Shown piece by piece: positions 1 to 12,700 of a DNA stretch of 64,000 bases. Under the pieces are notes generated by a model. The model had not been told where the DNA came from. It searched no databases and saw only the letters and a program-made list of their open reading frames with translations. Position 1 is the stretch's first letter. Every line of letters begins with the position of its first letter. Source of the stretch: Schmidtea polychroa. Taxonomy: Eukaryota. The translations under genes and the position numbers were made by a program. The DNA is taken from the NCBI GenBank assembly GCA_044892525.1, contig CM097886.1, forward strand, positions 2,294,001-2,358,000, given 5' to 3'.

Positions 1-27
1 CTTTTCAATTGACATTGTATTTTTTAA

Positions 28-209
28 AAGGCTTGACTATGAATCAGTAAATATATCGATGTTTTTTTGATATTCACGAATTTTCGGCACTGCCTTTTTA
101 CCTTTTCCAAGTGAATTTGATCTTTAAATAAATTCACTTGGAAAAGGCAGTGCCGAAAATTCGTGAATATCAAAACATCGATATATTTACTGATTCTTAG
201 TCAAGCTCT
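28..209. mobile_element. Foldback MITE (long inverted repeat), possible TTAA target site
   Basis: Two near-perfect inverted arms of roughly 75-85 bp (gcttgacta..gatattcacgaattttcggcactgcc..ttttccaagtgaattt and its reverse complement) around an ~11-nt loop. TTAA lies on both sides (24-27, 210-213). Confidence 0.55.
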
Positions 210-940
210 TTAATAAATAAAATTAAAAAGTTTAAATTATTTAGCTTGTCTTTAGATCAGGGGGGACAGTAAATATTTCATAATTAACTCCATTTATGTA
301 TTAAAATCTATAATTTTAACCTAAAGGGTTAATAAAATAATCTTTGATAAAGAATTCGAAATTTAAAAGTTATGCGATTTCGGGGATAGTCAAAGCGATA
401 TAGGTCATTGGACATAATCAATAGTACAGGGTAAACTTAAATCCTGATAGTTTTAATTAAATGCTTCAGTGTTTCTATTTATTTATTTCATACTTGATTC
501 ATACTTTGATTTCATATTTCATATTTCATACTTTGATTGGTTATATCAAACCTTTTTACATGAAAAAGTACTATGGTCATAGATTCTATGGCATCAACTA
601 CTATATTTGTCCAATATGCGAGACAACACACAACATAAAATATAAAGATTTTTATAGGTTACATAGTAAACACCTAGATCAGTTTACTATTAATAAAAAG
701 AAAGTTTTTACTAAAATACATAATAAAACACATGTAAATACTACAAAAATTAAAACACGACCTATAANNNNNNNNNNNNNNNNNNNNNNNNNNNNNNNNN
801 NNNNNNNNNNNNNNNNNNNNNNNNNNNNNNNNNNNNNNNNNNNNNNNNNNNNNNNNNNNNNNNNNNNNNNNNNNNNNNNNNNNNNNNNNNNNNNNNNNNN
901 NNNNNNNNNNNNNNNNNNNNNNNNNNNNNNNNNNNNNNNN

Positions 941-1000
941 CAGTACCCTTGCGACCAATACCCATATGGGACAAAATATATTGTCGGATAAACTCGGATA
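941..1000. repeat. Fragment of the 'ggacaaaatgtc' MITE family, running into the N gap
   Basis: cagtacccttgcgaccaatacccatatgggacaaaatatattgtcggataaactc closely matches ~62777-62831. Confidence 0.6.
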
Positions 1001-1470
1001 ATATCATTTAATAAAAATTGTGATGTATCGTTCAATGAAATCCATGGTCGGGAAGTCTAAAAGATTTAATTTTTAAAATTTGATCTTAAAAAATGTGATC
1101 TTGACCTTAAAAAATATGACCTTGAATGATTCATTGTCTTTGTTTATTATACTGTCAAGTAAATCATCAATCACAAATGTTGGGATGATTGTAAAATTGT
1201 CATTCTTGATTGTTTAGGAGTCTTGTGCAATGAAGCAAAAAATATGGTAAGCTCCGTGTAATTTTCATTTGTCTAGATGTTTTGAATTTTTTAGGTTTGA
1301 GTTTTGACAATTGAAACTCTTTTGGTTCCGTGTAACTAGTTTACGGTGGTATTTTTTTTTGAATTTTTCTTTTTATTCGTTTTTTAATCAAATTCTTTAA
1401 ATTTCTTTCGTTTAGAGGTTTGAAAATTATTTTTTGAAAACACATTATTAATCTTTTATTTTATTCGATC

Positions 1471-1901
1471 CAGTGCTCGAAGTGAGGCGGGATAGCCGGG
1501 ATATTATCCCGGCATTGATTATGTAGGCGGAATTGCATCCCGGCACTTCATTTCATATAATCTATAGGTTTATCCCGGTACTTATTTCATTTTATAGGCA
1601 CACAAATACTGCAATTAAGGTCACACATAGTACATCCATATATGTATGTATATATATATTCTTTATTCTCTATTCTCTATTCAATTAAGAATTTCCCAAG
1701 CAGCAGTAATGGATAGGTAGGTATATTCTCTTATTTATTTTAGTTAAATCAGCAAGTTGTTTGTTGAGTTATTTATACTGCGACCCCCTCTATATATAAT
1801 GTGTGCGGTCCCCCAACTGAAAATTTCTGCATAAAAGCCTGGAATCCCGGGTACCACAGCATGCCTATCCCGGCACATATTTTGTTCCACTTCGAGCACT
1901 G
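1471..1901. mobile_element. hAT-type MITE, family 1, copy 1
   Basis: Terminal inverted repeats (TIRs) cagtgctcgaagtg / cacttcgagcactg. Perfect 8-bp TSD ATTCGATC (1463-1470, 1902-1909). No ORF. Confidence 0.9.
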
Positions 1902-2141
1902 ATTCGATCAACTTTGTTTATATAATGTTGATCCTTTTTTGTTAAATATATCTGTTCGAATTCGTAAATCATTTGGAAATTTCTAAGTAAAATCAAGAAA
2001 TAAATAACGATATTGATTTTTAGTTGGATTTTGAAATGCTAATACTAGAAATTTTCTATTGTTTGGATATGCTTGTCTTGCTATAAAAATCAATAACTGT
2101 TGCATCTCTGGGGTTTTTAAAAATTGTTAGATAATGTACAT

Positions 2142-2673
2142 TTAAATTACAAATAGGGTATTAATAATATTTGAATAAAAGAAAAATGACCACATCTCTT
2201 TTAAAATATCATGCATATACAGGTAGATGTTAAATGACGTGATAAATTTCCTGGGATTTTTCGTATCGGAATAATGATCATGGTTGAATTGATGCCATTT
2301 ACTTTTCACACAGATCACGAAATCTTTGTCGCATTGACATAAATCTTTTTTCTTTCTTGGTTGACCATCTGAAACAGTAATTGCGAGTTAATATGTATTG
2401 TGAATAGCAATGAAATCAATTGTAATTTTTTTATTGCTCTCTTAGTGAGGAAAATTTTCTCAATTATATTTTATAAAAATTTTTTTTTGTTTATGAATAA
2501 ATGTTTACTTACCACAAACGATGAATTTTTTAATGTTATAGATTGTGAGTTCCCATTTATACTTTGTTAAATAGGTTTTGGTATCTTCATACTTCTTACT
2601 CCATAAATTGAAGCAATTATCATGTATCATACAACACCTTAATAATAAAAGTGATCATAATTAGTTTATTACA

Positions 2674-2738
<65 letters not shown>

Positions 2739-2949
2739 TAAATATTTTAAAATCTAACAAAACTTACATGTCAATACCATCAATAGGTGTTTTCCCGTTA
2801 TTTCCGACCCCACAGTAATTACCGTACCCTATCAATTTCCCGGGATTTATATGAAGATATTTTCTCATCATATTATTGAGCTCCAGTAGCGATCCATTGC
2901 ATCCATAATGACAAACAGAAATTATAAAAATTCCTAAAAGAAATTTCAT
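2142..2949 (-). CDS. Secreted phospholipase A2 (group I/II/V/X-like), 3 exons: 2949-2768, 2637-2513, 2368-2142
   Basis: Signal peptide MKFLLGIFIISVCHYG, Ca-binding loop YGNYCGVG, catalytic CCMIHDNCF and C-terminal LCQCDKDFVIC. GT-AG introns with compatible phases. The 3' end of exon 3 is less certain. Confidence 0.85.
2674..2736. repeat. (ATT)n microsatellite in PLA2 intron 1
   Basis: Uninterrupted att repeats. Confidence 0.95.
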
Positions 2950-3384
2950 TACATTTATTGTTTTATTGATCTGAATTTGCACATAAATCGAATTTGACAG
3001 CTTGATGGTAGAATTGGAAAAAAAATTATTTTCGTAGTTGGGAAATCTGTTTCTCGAAATTGGAATCATTTCTGTCAAAGATTTGAAATTTGTTTATAAT
3101 TTGTTGAGATAAAATATTTTTAAATTTCCCATTTTTTTGTTTTAATCGTCAAATAAAATTTATTATTTAAAAATGAAATTTATTGACATGAATTAAGATT
3201 TGAATTTTGTAATGTTATTGGTATTTAGAGAAGCAAAAGATCTGTATGTATTGGCGGAATCATTGTAAATTAAAAGAAATTGTAGTTGAAGATAGGAAGA
3301 AAATAAGATTTGAATCAAAATAGACATTTTCCATTGTATTTTCCTGATTTACAACTTATTTAGTTATTCTAATTCATAAGGGTT

Positions 3385-6300
3385 TTGGGTTATTGAGTTG
3401 GTGCTAAATTTAAATGTTACTCTGACTCCAAGAGTGTCTTTGACTGATGCACAAGTTACAATTAACACTGGAGACGTTATTGAAAATCACAAATATTTCC
3501 ACACTGATACAATTGACTCAACAAGCTAACTATTATACCGTGTTTATTAAAACACTATGGTGAGGAATAGCACACTCGTATAACTTTAATTTGACAAATC
3601 TCTCACAACTGAGGAGTGTAATAATTGGTAATTTTAACTGGTTGTTCTCTGATTTTGACTTGGTTTTACTCGCCTAACTTTATTCGATTATCGACTGAAT
3701 AAACTCTTGATGATTCTCTTTATTTCTGTTTTCCTTTTAGTTTCTCTGCTTCAATTTAATTCAATTATTTCTTCTAAATTGTTCTCTCAATGGCTTCTCA
3801 AAACTGTTTGCAAATACAATTCTCCCACGTCTTCTTAATTTTACAATTCGTCTTTTCTATAATTTCTCTCTCCTGCTTCTGCTGTGCCATCTCCTTTTAT
3901 ACCTCGTTAACTTGTGGCACTCAAGATAATCAAGTGTTTAGCCACTTTCTTTCTCCTGCCGTCCCCGACTGTTTCATTTTTATCTCTGACGGCTGTCAAG
4001 TTATTTTCCCTCTTTCCTTTTTTTGTTTAACCGCCTTCTCCCAGCAATTACGTTATTACTGGCAGGCTGTCGAGATAAGAATATTGATGTTTTCCTTTTT
4101 TCCCGATTCCAAATTCCTTTTCCTTTTTGTACTAATTAATTAGTACTGACCTTGGTTTTTATTTTCATGTTTGATTTCTTTTCTTTCTCATCTGGATAAC
4201 TAAGGTTATAATCGGTTAGGATATGGGTTCGCTTGATTTAATTGACTTTCGAATGTCACTGTGTCTGTAACTTCCATATCGTTGATCGGGATCTTTTACC
4301 GTTTCTTTTTCATTTGTGTTCCAAATTAGATATTGATTTGACTGATTTGTTTGACTCATCATCCCTCTGGGTTTTTAATTTATATCACGTTTCTTGCTAT
4401 ATCATTTCTCTTTTCATTTGAGCTTTTACAATTTCTCGTTCCGTTTTAACGCTACCTCCTTGTCCACGCGCAGTTAGGATTGTAAAGGTTGAAATTTGAT
4501 ATTGTCATTACTGATTACTTGACCCATTTACATACTAACTACATATAACTCGATCATTTGCTGCATATACATCAATTTCTACATATACGTCTAATATATT
4601 TTTTGTTTGTTATTTATACATAAACATTTACATATGTACACTCTCTTTTTATTATTTCCATCTACACTTCCTCTTTAATTTCTACTTTACTCTTCGCACA
4701 ATTCTTCTTATTTTTCTTGGTCATCATCGTTTTCGTGTCTGCTGCCATTTCTTTACATTTCTCTCGATTTGCCGTTATCTCGTGTATTTTTAGTTCTGCT
4801 GACATCGCTTCTTCTTTCAGTGTAAGTATCGTTGTCATTAGTGTGTCATTTTCTCTTGCTTTATTTTCTGCATCTTTTCTCCATATTATTATCTGTTCAT
4901 TTTGTTTTGTTTCTTTCAAAATCAGTTCTCTTATTATCCTTCTTTGTTCCATACATTGTCTTCTCAATTCTTCGAATACGTTGAATTTTATTTGTTCCTT
5001 CAGGCCATTAGATTATCTTAGTACTTTTGTCGACTGCTGTTTTGCTGACATTGGAGGTTGACATTTTCTAATTTCTGACTGGTGAATTCTTTTTCAAAGT
5101 ATATTTGATTATTTTGTTCTGCAGCATTTCCTCGCGATCGAGTTTTATCCAGATTTGTTACATTCGGACAGTCATTGACCAAGTGCTCTGTTCTATTACA
5201 TTCGTAACACATTCTTATGCGACGACATTTCCTTGCTCATTGTGACACTCATTGTGTCCTTGCCGTTGGCGTTTGTTACAGTACTTGTTTGTACACGCGT
5301 CACTTTCCATATTTGGTTCGAGCTCACTTTTATTTTTTCCCGTGTTTCTGTCATGGTGCTTTTCTTGTGTTTCATTGTTTTCATTATTTCGTTTCTCATG
5401 ATTTTTGCTATTCTTCGATTTGCGGTCATATCTTTCGTTGACTGGTATCATGCGATTCGCTTGGAATGCTGTAATTTCAATCTGATTGTTGATTTCTTCA
5501 CGTTTTATCTGATTGTTCTCAATTGTTCTGATGTTTTGATGGTTCAATATTACATTTTCTATTCTTTCAATTATTTCGCTTTCGATACTTGTGTCTAGAA
5601 TTCTTTGTAAGTCTGGTTCTATGCTCGCAACTGCTCTAATCATATTGATTTGCATTACACTTCGACTTTTTCTTTTACGCTTTTCTTCTATCTTTCCCAT
5701 CTGGCTGTCGTTGGTAGTTTTTCTTATTATATCAACTTTCAACAACTCTTCCTTTCTCCCTCTCCAATTTTCTTCTTCTCTTCGTACTTGAGGTTCTTTT
5801 CGTTTACTCCATCTTTTTTCTGCTTTTTGTGCTTCTATGATCTGTAAGGTATTTTGTTGGGTTATTTTCGATTTGTAATCTGCTTCCTACGCATTGTAAT
5901 ACATTCATTCTTGATGGTTGATTTTGTTCCGCTTGGGATTGATGTTACTGCACAGTCTTGTGAAAATTGTTATCTGATTTTGAATCTCGGCTAGTTGATT
6001 TGCCGACATATCCGTATTGTCACTCCGTTGTTGGTTTCTTTCTTTCGTACATGTAACTGCTAGATGATCTCCTAGTCCGCATAAGAAAACTTTTCTGGGT
6101 ATTCTACATCTTACTGCGGTATGTCCTTTCTTACTACAATTTCAACATTTTCGTTACTCATGACATTCACCGAGCAAGTGTCCTTGTATCTTACAGTCAT
6201 CACAAACCTTTTCAATGTTTTCACTATTCGATCTCTCGCTTTTATTGTCATTTTCGTTTCTTCGATTATTGCCGTTATCCCTCCACTGTCTGTAGTATTG

Positions 6301-8620
6301 TGGTTGATTATCTGCGATATGCCTCATAGTTGGTAGTTGTGTTACTCTGGTGTACATTTCACATACATTCGCTGCCTCTACTGCTTCGTCCAACGTCTTG
6401 CAGATTTTGCATCCGACTACGTCTTTGATGTCATCCCGTCGCAGTCCTTTAACGAATTGGGTTAACAGTTCTGTTTCCATGTCTTTCTCACTGAACACCG
6501 GTTTGTCTATACGTCTTAGTGCGCTTGCGTAGATTATGTTTGATTCATTCGCTGTTTCTTCTCGATTGAAGAATTCTAGAAATTCGTATTGCGTATCTTT
6601 TGTTTCTCCGAATGTTTTTATCAGGGCTTCCTTAATTTCTTTCCAGGTTTTTGGTGGGGTTGTACATTCCTTTATTCCGACGTACCAATTAAAAGTGTCG
6701 CCGCTAGATATAGTGGGAATCTTCTAACTACCATTTTGGGTGTCCATTTTAGAGCGTCGCAATATGATTCAAATTGTTGGATGAAACTTGATAGTTTGTT
6801 CAATTTTCCCGACTTAATTCATTGCTCCACTTAACTGTGTCTTTCCTTGCTTCGGAAATATACTCGACACTATATCAGCAGTTGTGCTTGCGTGGACTCT
6901 TATCTGTGTCTAACTTTCCAACTAATTCTTAACTAGAGTCTACATTGTTCTTTTTATCTTCTCATTTATTATTTTTCTCTACATGACTATCTATTCTCGA
7001 TTCATTGTTCGTCTTTCCCTACTACAATTTGGTTTATTTTCGGTTTTATAACCGTCTATAATTTTGTCTATTTTCCCCTTCTCATTCTCGCTCATGTTAT
7101 CCTCAATAATCTAGTCTATGTTGCTCTCTATATTCTTATCTATAATCTCGTCTATGTTTCCTTCTAAATTCTCATCTATATTCTGACTGATATCATCGTT
7201 TGTTCCTGATTCTCTTTTGCCTCTCTTTTCTGTCTTTTTTCTACCACTTTAGTCTTTACACTTTTATCGATTCTCTATACCTCTCTCTGTCTTTTTCGTT
7301 TACTTGGTCTTATTTTTATTTCTCCTGCATGTTTCTTTTTGCTACTTTTGCGAGGTTTCCTTATTTTCCTAATTCCGGATGCGAAACAATCGGAATGGTC
7401 GATCTCCGATCGTGTAGTGATCTGTCAGACGCAGAAACGTTCCAGTATATGCGATGGGCCCTGTTCAACATCTTTCGTCAGAACAGTTGGTTATTCCCCT
7501 GGTGTTATTCGCACAAGGCTGAGCGTAGGTCATAGGTCGTGAATTTGTCAAACAAGTAAAACAGAATAAATCAAAATTAATGGAAAAGTTTTCCCTATTT
7601 TTTTGCTCTCAGATTTTCGTTATACCTTTATTCTCATTATAACATTGTGCTCTTAATTTACTTAATTCGGTTACTCTTGGTTTCTATTTCCCATTATTTT
7701 CGCATTTTGCTCGCTTGGTTAATATTTAATTGCTTTTACTCTCACCTATTTAGTTGGCTTATTTCTCGTTAATATCATAATTATTTGCTCATATTAAATC
7801 TTTTTCTTATTACTCGTTAGCATTTGTTTACCCACTTTATTCATTAACTTCTTACTCATTAATGGTCTATTTCTACTCAATTTTTGGTAACTTATTTCTC
7901 TTCTGTATTTGTATACTTTTCATAACTTTGATTCTTTACGTTATCCCACGTCGATTTATTTTATCGTAATGTTTTATCGTTTCGTTTAGCTTTCCGTTTC
8001 TACAATTTATTCGTTGATTTTTCTGTTGATGGATTTCTTTATTCAAATCCCTATATTTTGTTTTCGCTATTTTATATTGTTTTCAGCGATTTGCTTCTGC
8101 TCTCTATAACTTTCAAGTATTTGTGTCTATCGCTTATTTATATTTGCATTATAATGATATTATTTGTAGATTATTTCAATTTAATCAATGCAATTTTGTT
8201 TGTTATTTAATTCAATTACTGGGTAGAATTTTATACTTGGTTGTATGGCTATATTTATTTTCCTTTTCATAGATGTTACCTATGCTGCAATGTTTATTTC
8301 ATTCATTTTACTAAGGTCTGTTTATTCTTTATTTTTCGACGATATCTGTTGCGAAATCCATTTCTTATTGTTGTCTTATACTTAAATCTTTCGTTTGATT
8401 ATTATGTTGATATGTACCGGGTTATTCTTGTGTCTTGTGTATTTATTTTAATTAATTACGTTATTTATCTTGTTAATTCCCCGAGTCGCTCTAAACAATT
8501 TTTAGAATTCATTTTCTCGTGTGTATTCTGCATTATCTGGTGTCTGTGATGTTCGCCTTTTCTTTGCAAAGTTTCCCAATGAAGTTTTACTTGGTTCCCG
8601 TGTCATTGTCATGGGGATTT
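3385..8620 (-). mobile_element. Degenerate gag-only Ty3/Gypsy-like LTR retroelement (3' LTR ~3385-3608; 5' LTR not found)
   Basis: Minus-strand frames give a retrotransposon gag capsid-like segment (WKEIKEALIKTF...LLTQFVKGLRRDDIK) and CCHC knuckles (CDDCKIQGHLLGEC, C*NCSKKGHTAVRC, CYECNRTEHLVNDCP). The LTR start ttgggttattgagttggtg is shared with 52943. No RT or integrase motifs seen. Boundaries are approximate. Confidence 0.7.
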
Positions 8621-8809
8621 TTATTTCTATTTATTTTTGATAAATTCTTATACTGTGATTGTTTTTTGTGGATTTTTATGCTCATTAAATAAAATTAATA
8701 TATAATCGAAAATATTTAATGCTATCGTAAAATATTGTTTTAATAATGATTTATTTTATACATTTTTCAAAAATCACGAAATATTTAATTATTTGAATAA
8801 TTTTTGAAT

Positions 8810-9490
8810 ATGCCTAAAGAATCTAGAAAGTCTATAAATTTGTCGTTGAACATATCACATAATTCAGACTTTAATCCGTCAGGTAATAGTACTCCAAAAA
8901 GTAGAAAACCTAAAGACAAATATGAAATAAATATATCTGAATGCAATTCAAATAGTAAAAATACTTCAAATTTTCAGAAATCCAACGATAATTGTAAGCT
9001 AAACAATTCATGCAACGCTATATTTGAAAGATTTCAATGCATAAAAACTGAAATAAATGTTCATTTGAAACAGATTAAAAATCAAATTAAAAGTTTTACT
9101 GAAATTTGGAATGGATTTTTAGTTTTTGATGAAACCTATTTGACATTCGGTAGTGGAGTTTTAGTGGATATAAATATTAAAAAATATTTAAATTCATTTA
9201 AGGAATTTTACGAATTGTTGGATGCTGTTCGTAAGCATATCGATGATAAAATAGAAATGATTGCAAAAATCGAAGAAATAACTAAATTGAAAAACTCAAT
9301 TTCGTTTTCTTTTGAAGAGGAGAAAGAATTTCGTAAAGCATTTAATTCCTTCAAGGAAATGCAGCGCAACTATAAAGAATATTTGGAACAAGTTTTTATT
9401 CTAAATGACGGAATTAATCCTGGGTGTGACAAGATGAAATTCTCCCGAATTATCTTTGGTATCGGATGGATTGAAAACTGTTTAATATAA
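8810..9490 (+). CDS. Uncharacterised single-exon protein (~226 aa; Ser/Asn-rich N-terminus, helical C-terminus)
   Basis: Uninterrupted ATG-to-TAA ORF of 226 codons in very AT-rich DNA, where such length is unlikely by chance. No family recognised. Confidence 0.55.
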   Translation: MPKESRKSINLSLNISHNSDFNPSGNSTPKSRKPKDKYEINISECNSNSKNTSNFQKSNDNCKLNNSCNAIFERFQCIKTEINVHLKQIKNQIKSFTEIWNGFLVFDETYLTFGSGVLVDINIKKYLNSFKEFYELLDAVRKHIDDKIEMIAKIEEITKLKNSISFSFEEEKEFRKAFNSFKEMQRNYKEYLEQVFILNDGINPGCDKMKFSRIIFGIGWIENCLI

Positions 9491-9612
9491 TTTTTAAAGT
9501 TCAATTATTTTATTTATTATATTTTAAACTACTGCCTCTATATTTTGACATTGATATTTTAATTTTTTTTTAACCAATCATAATAATTGTTATTTTAGTA
9601 TGTACTTGTTAG

Positions 9613-10034
9613 CAGTGCTCGAAGTGGAACAAAATATGTGCCGGGATAGGCATGCTGTGGCACCCGGGATTCCAGGCTTTTATGCAGAAATTTTCAGTTG
9701 GGGGACCGCACACATTATATATAGAGGGGGTCGCAGTATAAATAACTCAACAAACAACTTGCTGATTTAACTAAAATAAATAAGAGAATATACCTACCTA
9801 TCCATTACTGCTGCTTGGGAAATTCTTAATTGAATAGAGAATAGAGAATAAAGAATATATACATACATACATATATGGATGTACTATGTGTGACCTTAAT
9901 TGCAGTATTTGTGTGCCTATAAAATGAAATAAGTACCGGGATAAACCTATAGATTATATGAAATGAAGTGCCGGGATGCAATTCCGCCTACATAATCAAT
10001 GCCGGGATAATATCCCGCCTCACTTCGAGCACTG
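9613..10034. mobile_element. hAT-type MITE, family 1, copy 2 (inverted relative to copy 1)
   Basis: Same TIR and near-identical interior. Perfect 8-bp TSD CTTGTTAG (9605-9612, 10035-10042). Confidence 0.9.
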
Positions 10035-10143
10035 CTTGTTAGTTTAGTGGATGTTGTGAAAATGCTATGTTTGGGGGTCGTTATTCGATGAATTGTTATT
10101 TAATGAGAAAATTGATGAGCCCGAAAGAGTCTCCGTTAAAACT

Positions 10144-10385
10144 TGTGGCGGGACAATCGGGGTGCAGGCTGTGTTTAGTAATAAGATAGTAACAAAATAA
10201 AATTAATAATCAACAATAATACTTATTGTACCAAAACGTTTATTAACCAAAACCAAATTAATACTTTGATTCCGAGATTAATTCGATCGTCGAGGGATAA
10301 CGCAGTACAAGGATTGGAATGGTCAAGATTGGGGAAGATTTTCAATTCGATTCCGTAATAAATTCGATTGTCAATAGGTAACACA
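10144..10385 (-). mobile_element. Probable solo LTR (~240 bp)
   Basis: TGTG...CACA termini. AACTT direct repeat at 10140-10144 and 10385-10389 overlaps the termini by one base. Minus-strand AATAAA lies near one end. Confidence 0.4.
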
Positions 10386-10902
10386 ACTTGAAACTAGCGT
10401 TATTTTCTGTTTAATTCAATCTTCTATATTTAGATTATTTATCGACTTTTTAATTTTGTAATTCATTTACTATGGTAAATTATCACTATATAGTTTGTTT
10501 TTTTTTTTAAAAAATAAAAAACCTTCTCCACGTGCAACGTGCAGAATTGTTATTTGCATTCAGACCATACAATTAACAAAACCAAAAAAATAAAGAATTA
10601 CAATACATTACAATAATGTTTAAAATGAAATTCAAATTTATTATCTAGTTTTTGGGATTAAATATTTCTATTGCACGAGTATGATATAGTAAGCGCGCCA
10701 TTCCACAAACACAATAGGTCAGATTAACATCTTCGATGTCATTTTTGGACCAAAAAAGTCGACTTATTGGCACACTCGGTTTAACCTTCCTAAGGCTGGC
10801 TAAAATTTCATACACGGTAGACCACATGGGGTAAATTTGTACCCCAATGCTTTTTTACTGTGCTATTGCTAGGTAAAATGTTTTAAATATAAAATTAAAA
10901 TA

Positions 10903-11083
10903 TAATAGGGGTTCGGCCCCTGTTCGCTTCGCTTCACCAACTCCGTTAGAACGTGGGCTTAATGATGTTCAGGGTATTCTTGGACAGGAGTAAGATAAGT
11001 ACAAAAGAATAAATACATCATAAAAAATTAAAAAAAAGTATAATTCCGATGGAGGGGACCCTTAGCTTTTTTATATATAGGGA
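10903..11083 (-). mobile_element. Possible short non-autonomous Helitron
   Basis: One end, taggggttcggcccctgttcgcttcgcttcaccaac, resembles the CTAG-plus-hairpin 3' end of animal Helitron-N elements. The other end reads tccctatatataaaa on the minus strand (TC..TATATATA 5' end). Confidence 0.4.
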
Positions 11084-11258
11084 GATTTTATGAAATACAA
11101 ATATATTACAGAAACAAGTGCTTACAAAATGAACATTACTTACATATAGCAACACATTACTTATCACAAGTTTTACTTATTATAATGCCAGTGGAATGTT
11201 CTGTACACACAAATACTGAACATTTATTAAATATTTTTCGACATTTACGAATGTGGTA

Positions 11259-11415
11259 TGTGTGACCTTAATTGCAGTATTTGTGTGCCTATAAAATGAA
11301 ATAAGTACCGGGATAAACCTATAGATTATATGAAATGAAGTGCCGGGATGCAATACCGCCTACATAATCAATGCCGGGATAATATCCCGGCTATCCCGCC
11401 TCACTTCGAGCACTG
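11259..11415. mobile_element. hAT-type MITE, family 1, truncated copy 3
   Basis: Matches ~9886-10034, including one TIR (cacttcgagcactg). Confidence 0.85.
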
Positions 11416-12700
11416 GCTGTAGCATACATGTATACATGCCATAAAATCAACAATTTCGACTGGATCTCCTCCGTACTGATTGACTGGTAATTTTTGACAG
11501 CTGGCAGAGTCGTTACTGTTGTTCATTGGAGTAGTAGACACTAGGATTTGCTCATTGATATTTTAGTTGATCGTCGCCATACTTTCCGGTTGTTTTTTGC
11601 TTCTCAAATTGTAGAATTTTCCTGCGACAACTTTTTCTCGTCTAAATTTTAAAAAGTTACAATTAATAGTCTTTACAAATTCTCTAGTAATTTCTCACTA
11701 CTTTATTTCAATAACTTCTAAATTTCACCAACGTTACTCGTTTATTTCAACTGCGCAATTAATATTCAAATTCCCTTTTCCTGACCACAATAATTTATTT
11801 TCACTTTCCGTTTCTTTCAATATTTCAAATATTCACCAAAAATCTTTAATCAACTACAAATTATTATATTCTTTTTTAACTTTTCTTCTATTTCAACCAC
11901 GACAATTTATTTCTTTTCTACTTTTTCAATTTAATTTCTCTTTTACAACTTTATCTCCACGTTTGTACCTCGAAAATAATATCCCACTTTCAATTAATTT
12001 TAATTTTCTCTTTTTTTCTCTCTCGCATGATATCCACCGCCGACTTTTATCACGTCGGGCTCACCAAAATGTTATTTGTGCAAGTCGGTATCACTTTCTG
12101 ACTCCTTCGTGTCCTTTGAAAATAAGTCAAACACCCAACACAAAATATTTATTCGAGATTAATACAATTACACTTTTGTTACATTGTTTATTGACTCCAC
12201 CACACTTGAATCTTCCAATGGGAGATGTCCCTTTCTGGTACGCTCGATTTAAATTATTCAATTGACACTAACTTCAAAGTTTTCTTTGTTACTCTCGCTA
12301 AATTTCTCGTTTCCTTTTCTTCGACCAACTGGTGGTTTGTTCACTTCTGAGTTCTCTTTATATACTGTTCACGAGAGGCCAATTATCTAGAAAATCGCTC
12401 TAAATTATTTCACCGGAACCCAAAATCAATATTTGAGGGATTATTTTAATTTGTTTACCCTTGATTAGTGCTCAAAATATTCCCTCTTTTATCTTGTTGC
12501 TCGGGTCTCACTGCGCATCAGGTTTTCTACAGCGCTCGGGTTTGCCATGGCTCGGGCTTCCTATTGGCTCGGGTTTACCATTACCGATTAACTTTCATTG
12601 TTAACACCTTATTAAATTTCTATTATTATTTTTTGAACTTGTCTATCAATTTGGCGTTCAACCATACCCGATATTGATTTTTAGTAAATTTTAATTATTT
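11416..12700 (-). mobile_element. Decayed retroelement-like internal sequence
   Basis: Same strong T/C-rich plus-strand skew and broken A-rich minus-strand frames as 3640-4200 and 53190-53850. No diagnostic domain. Confidence 0.3.

Noticed and set aside
560-767. CPIC...H..H zinc-finger-like ORF
   Set aside because: It runs into the N gap and its spacing is non-canonical, so it cannot be assigned. The long ORFs listed across the gaps are artefacts of the Ns.
10280-10380. gagggataacgcag looked like the mitochondrial 16S rRNA AGGGATAACAGC motif (possible NUMT)
   Set aside because: The neighbouring conserved 16S motifs are absent, and the segment lies within a TG...CA block with a flanking direct repeat. 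A solo LTR explains it better.
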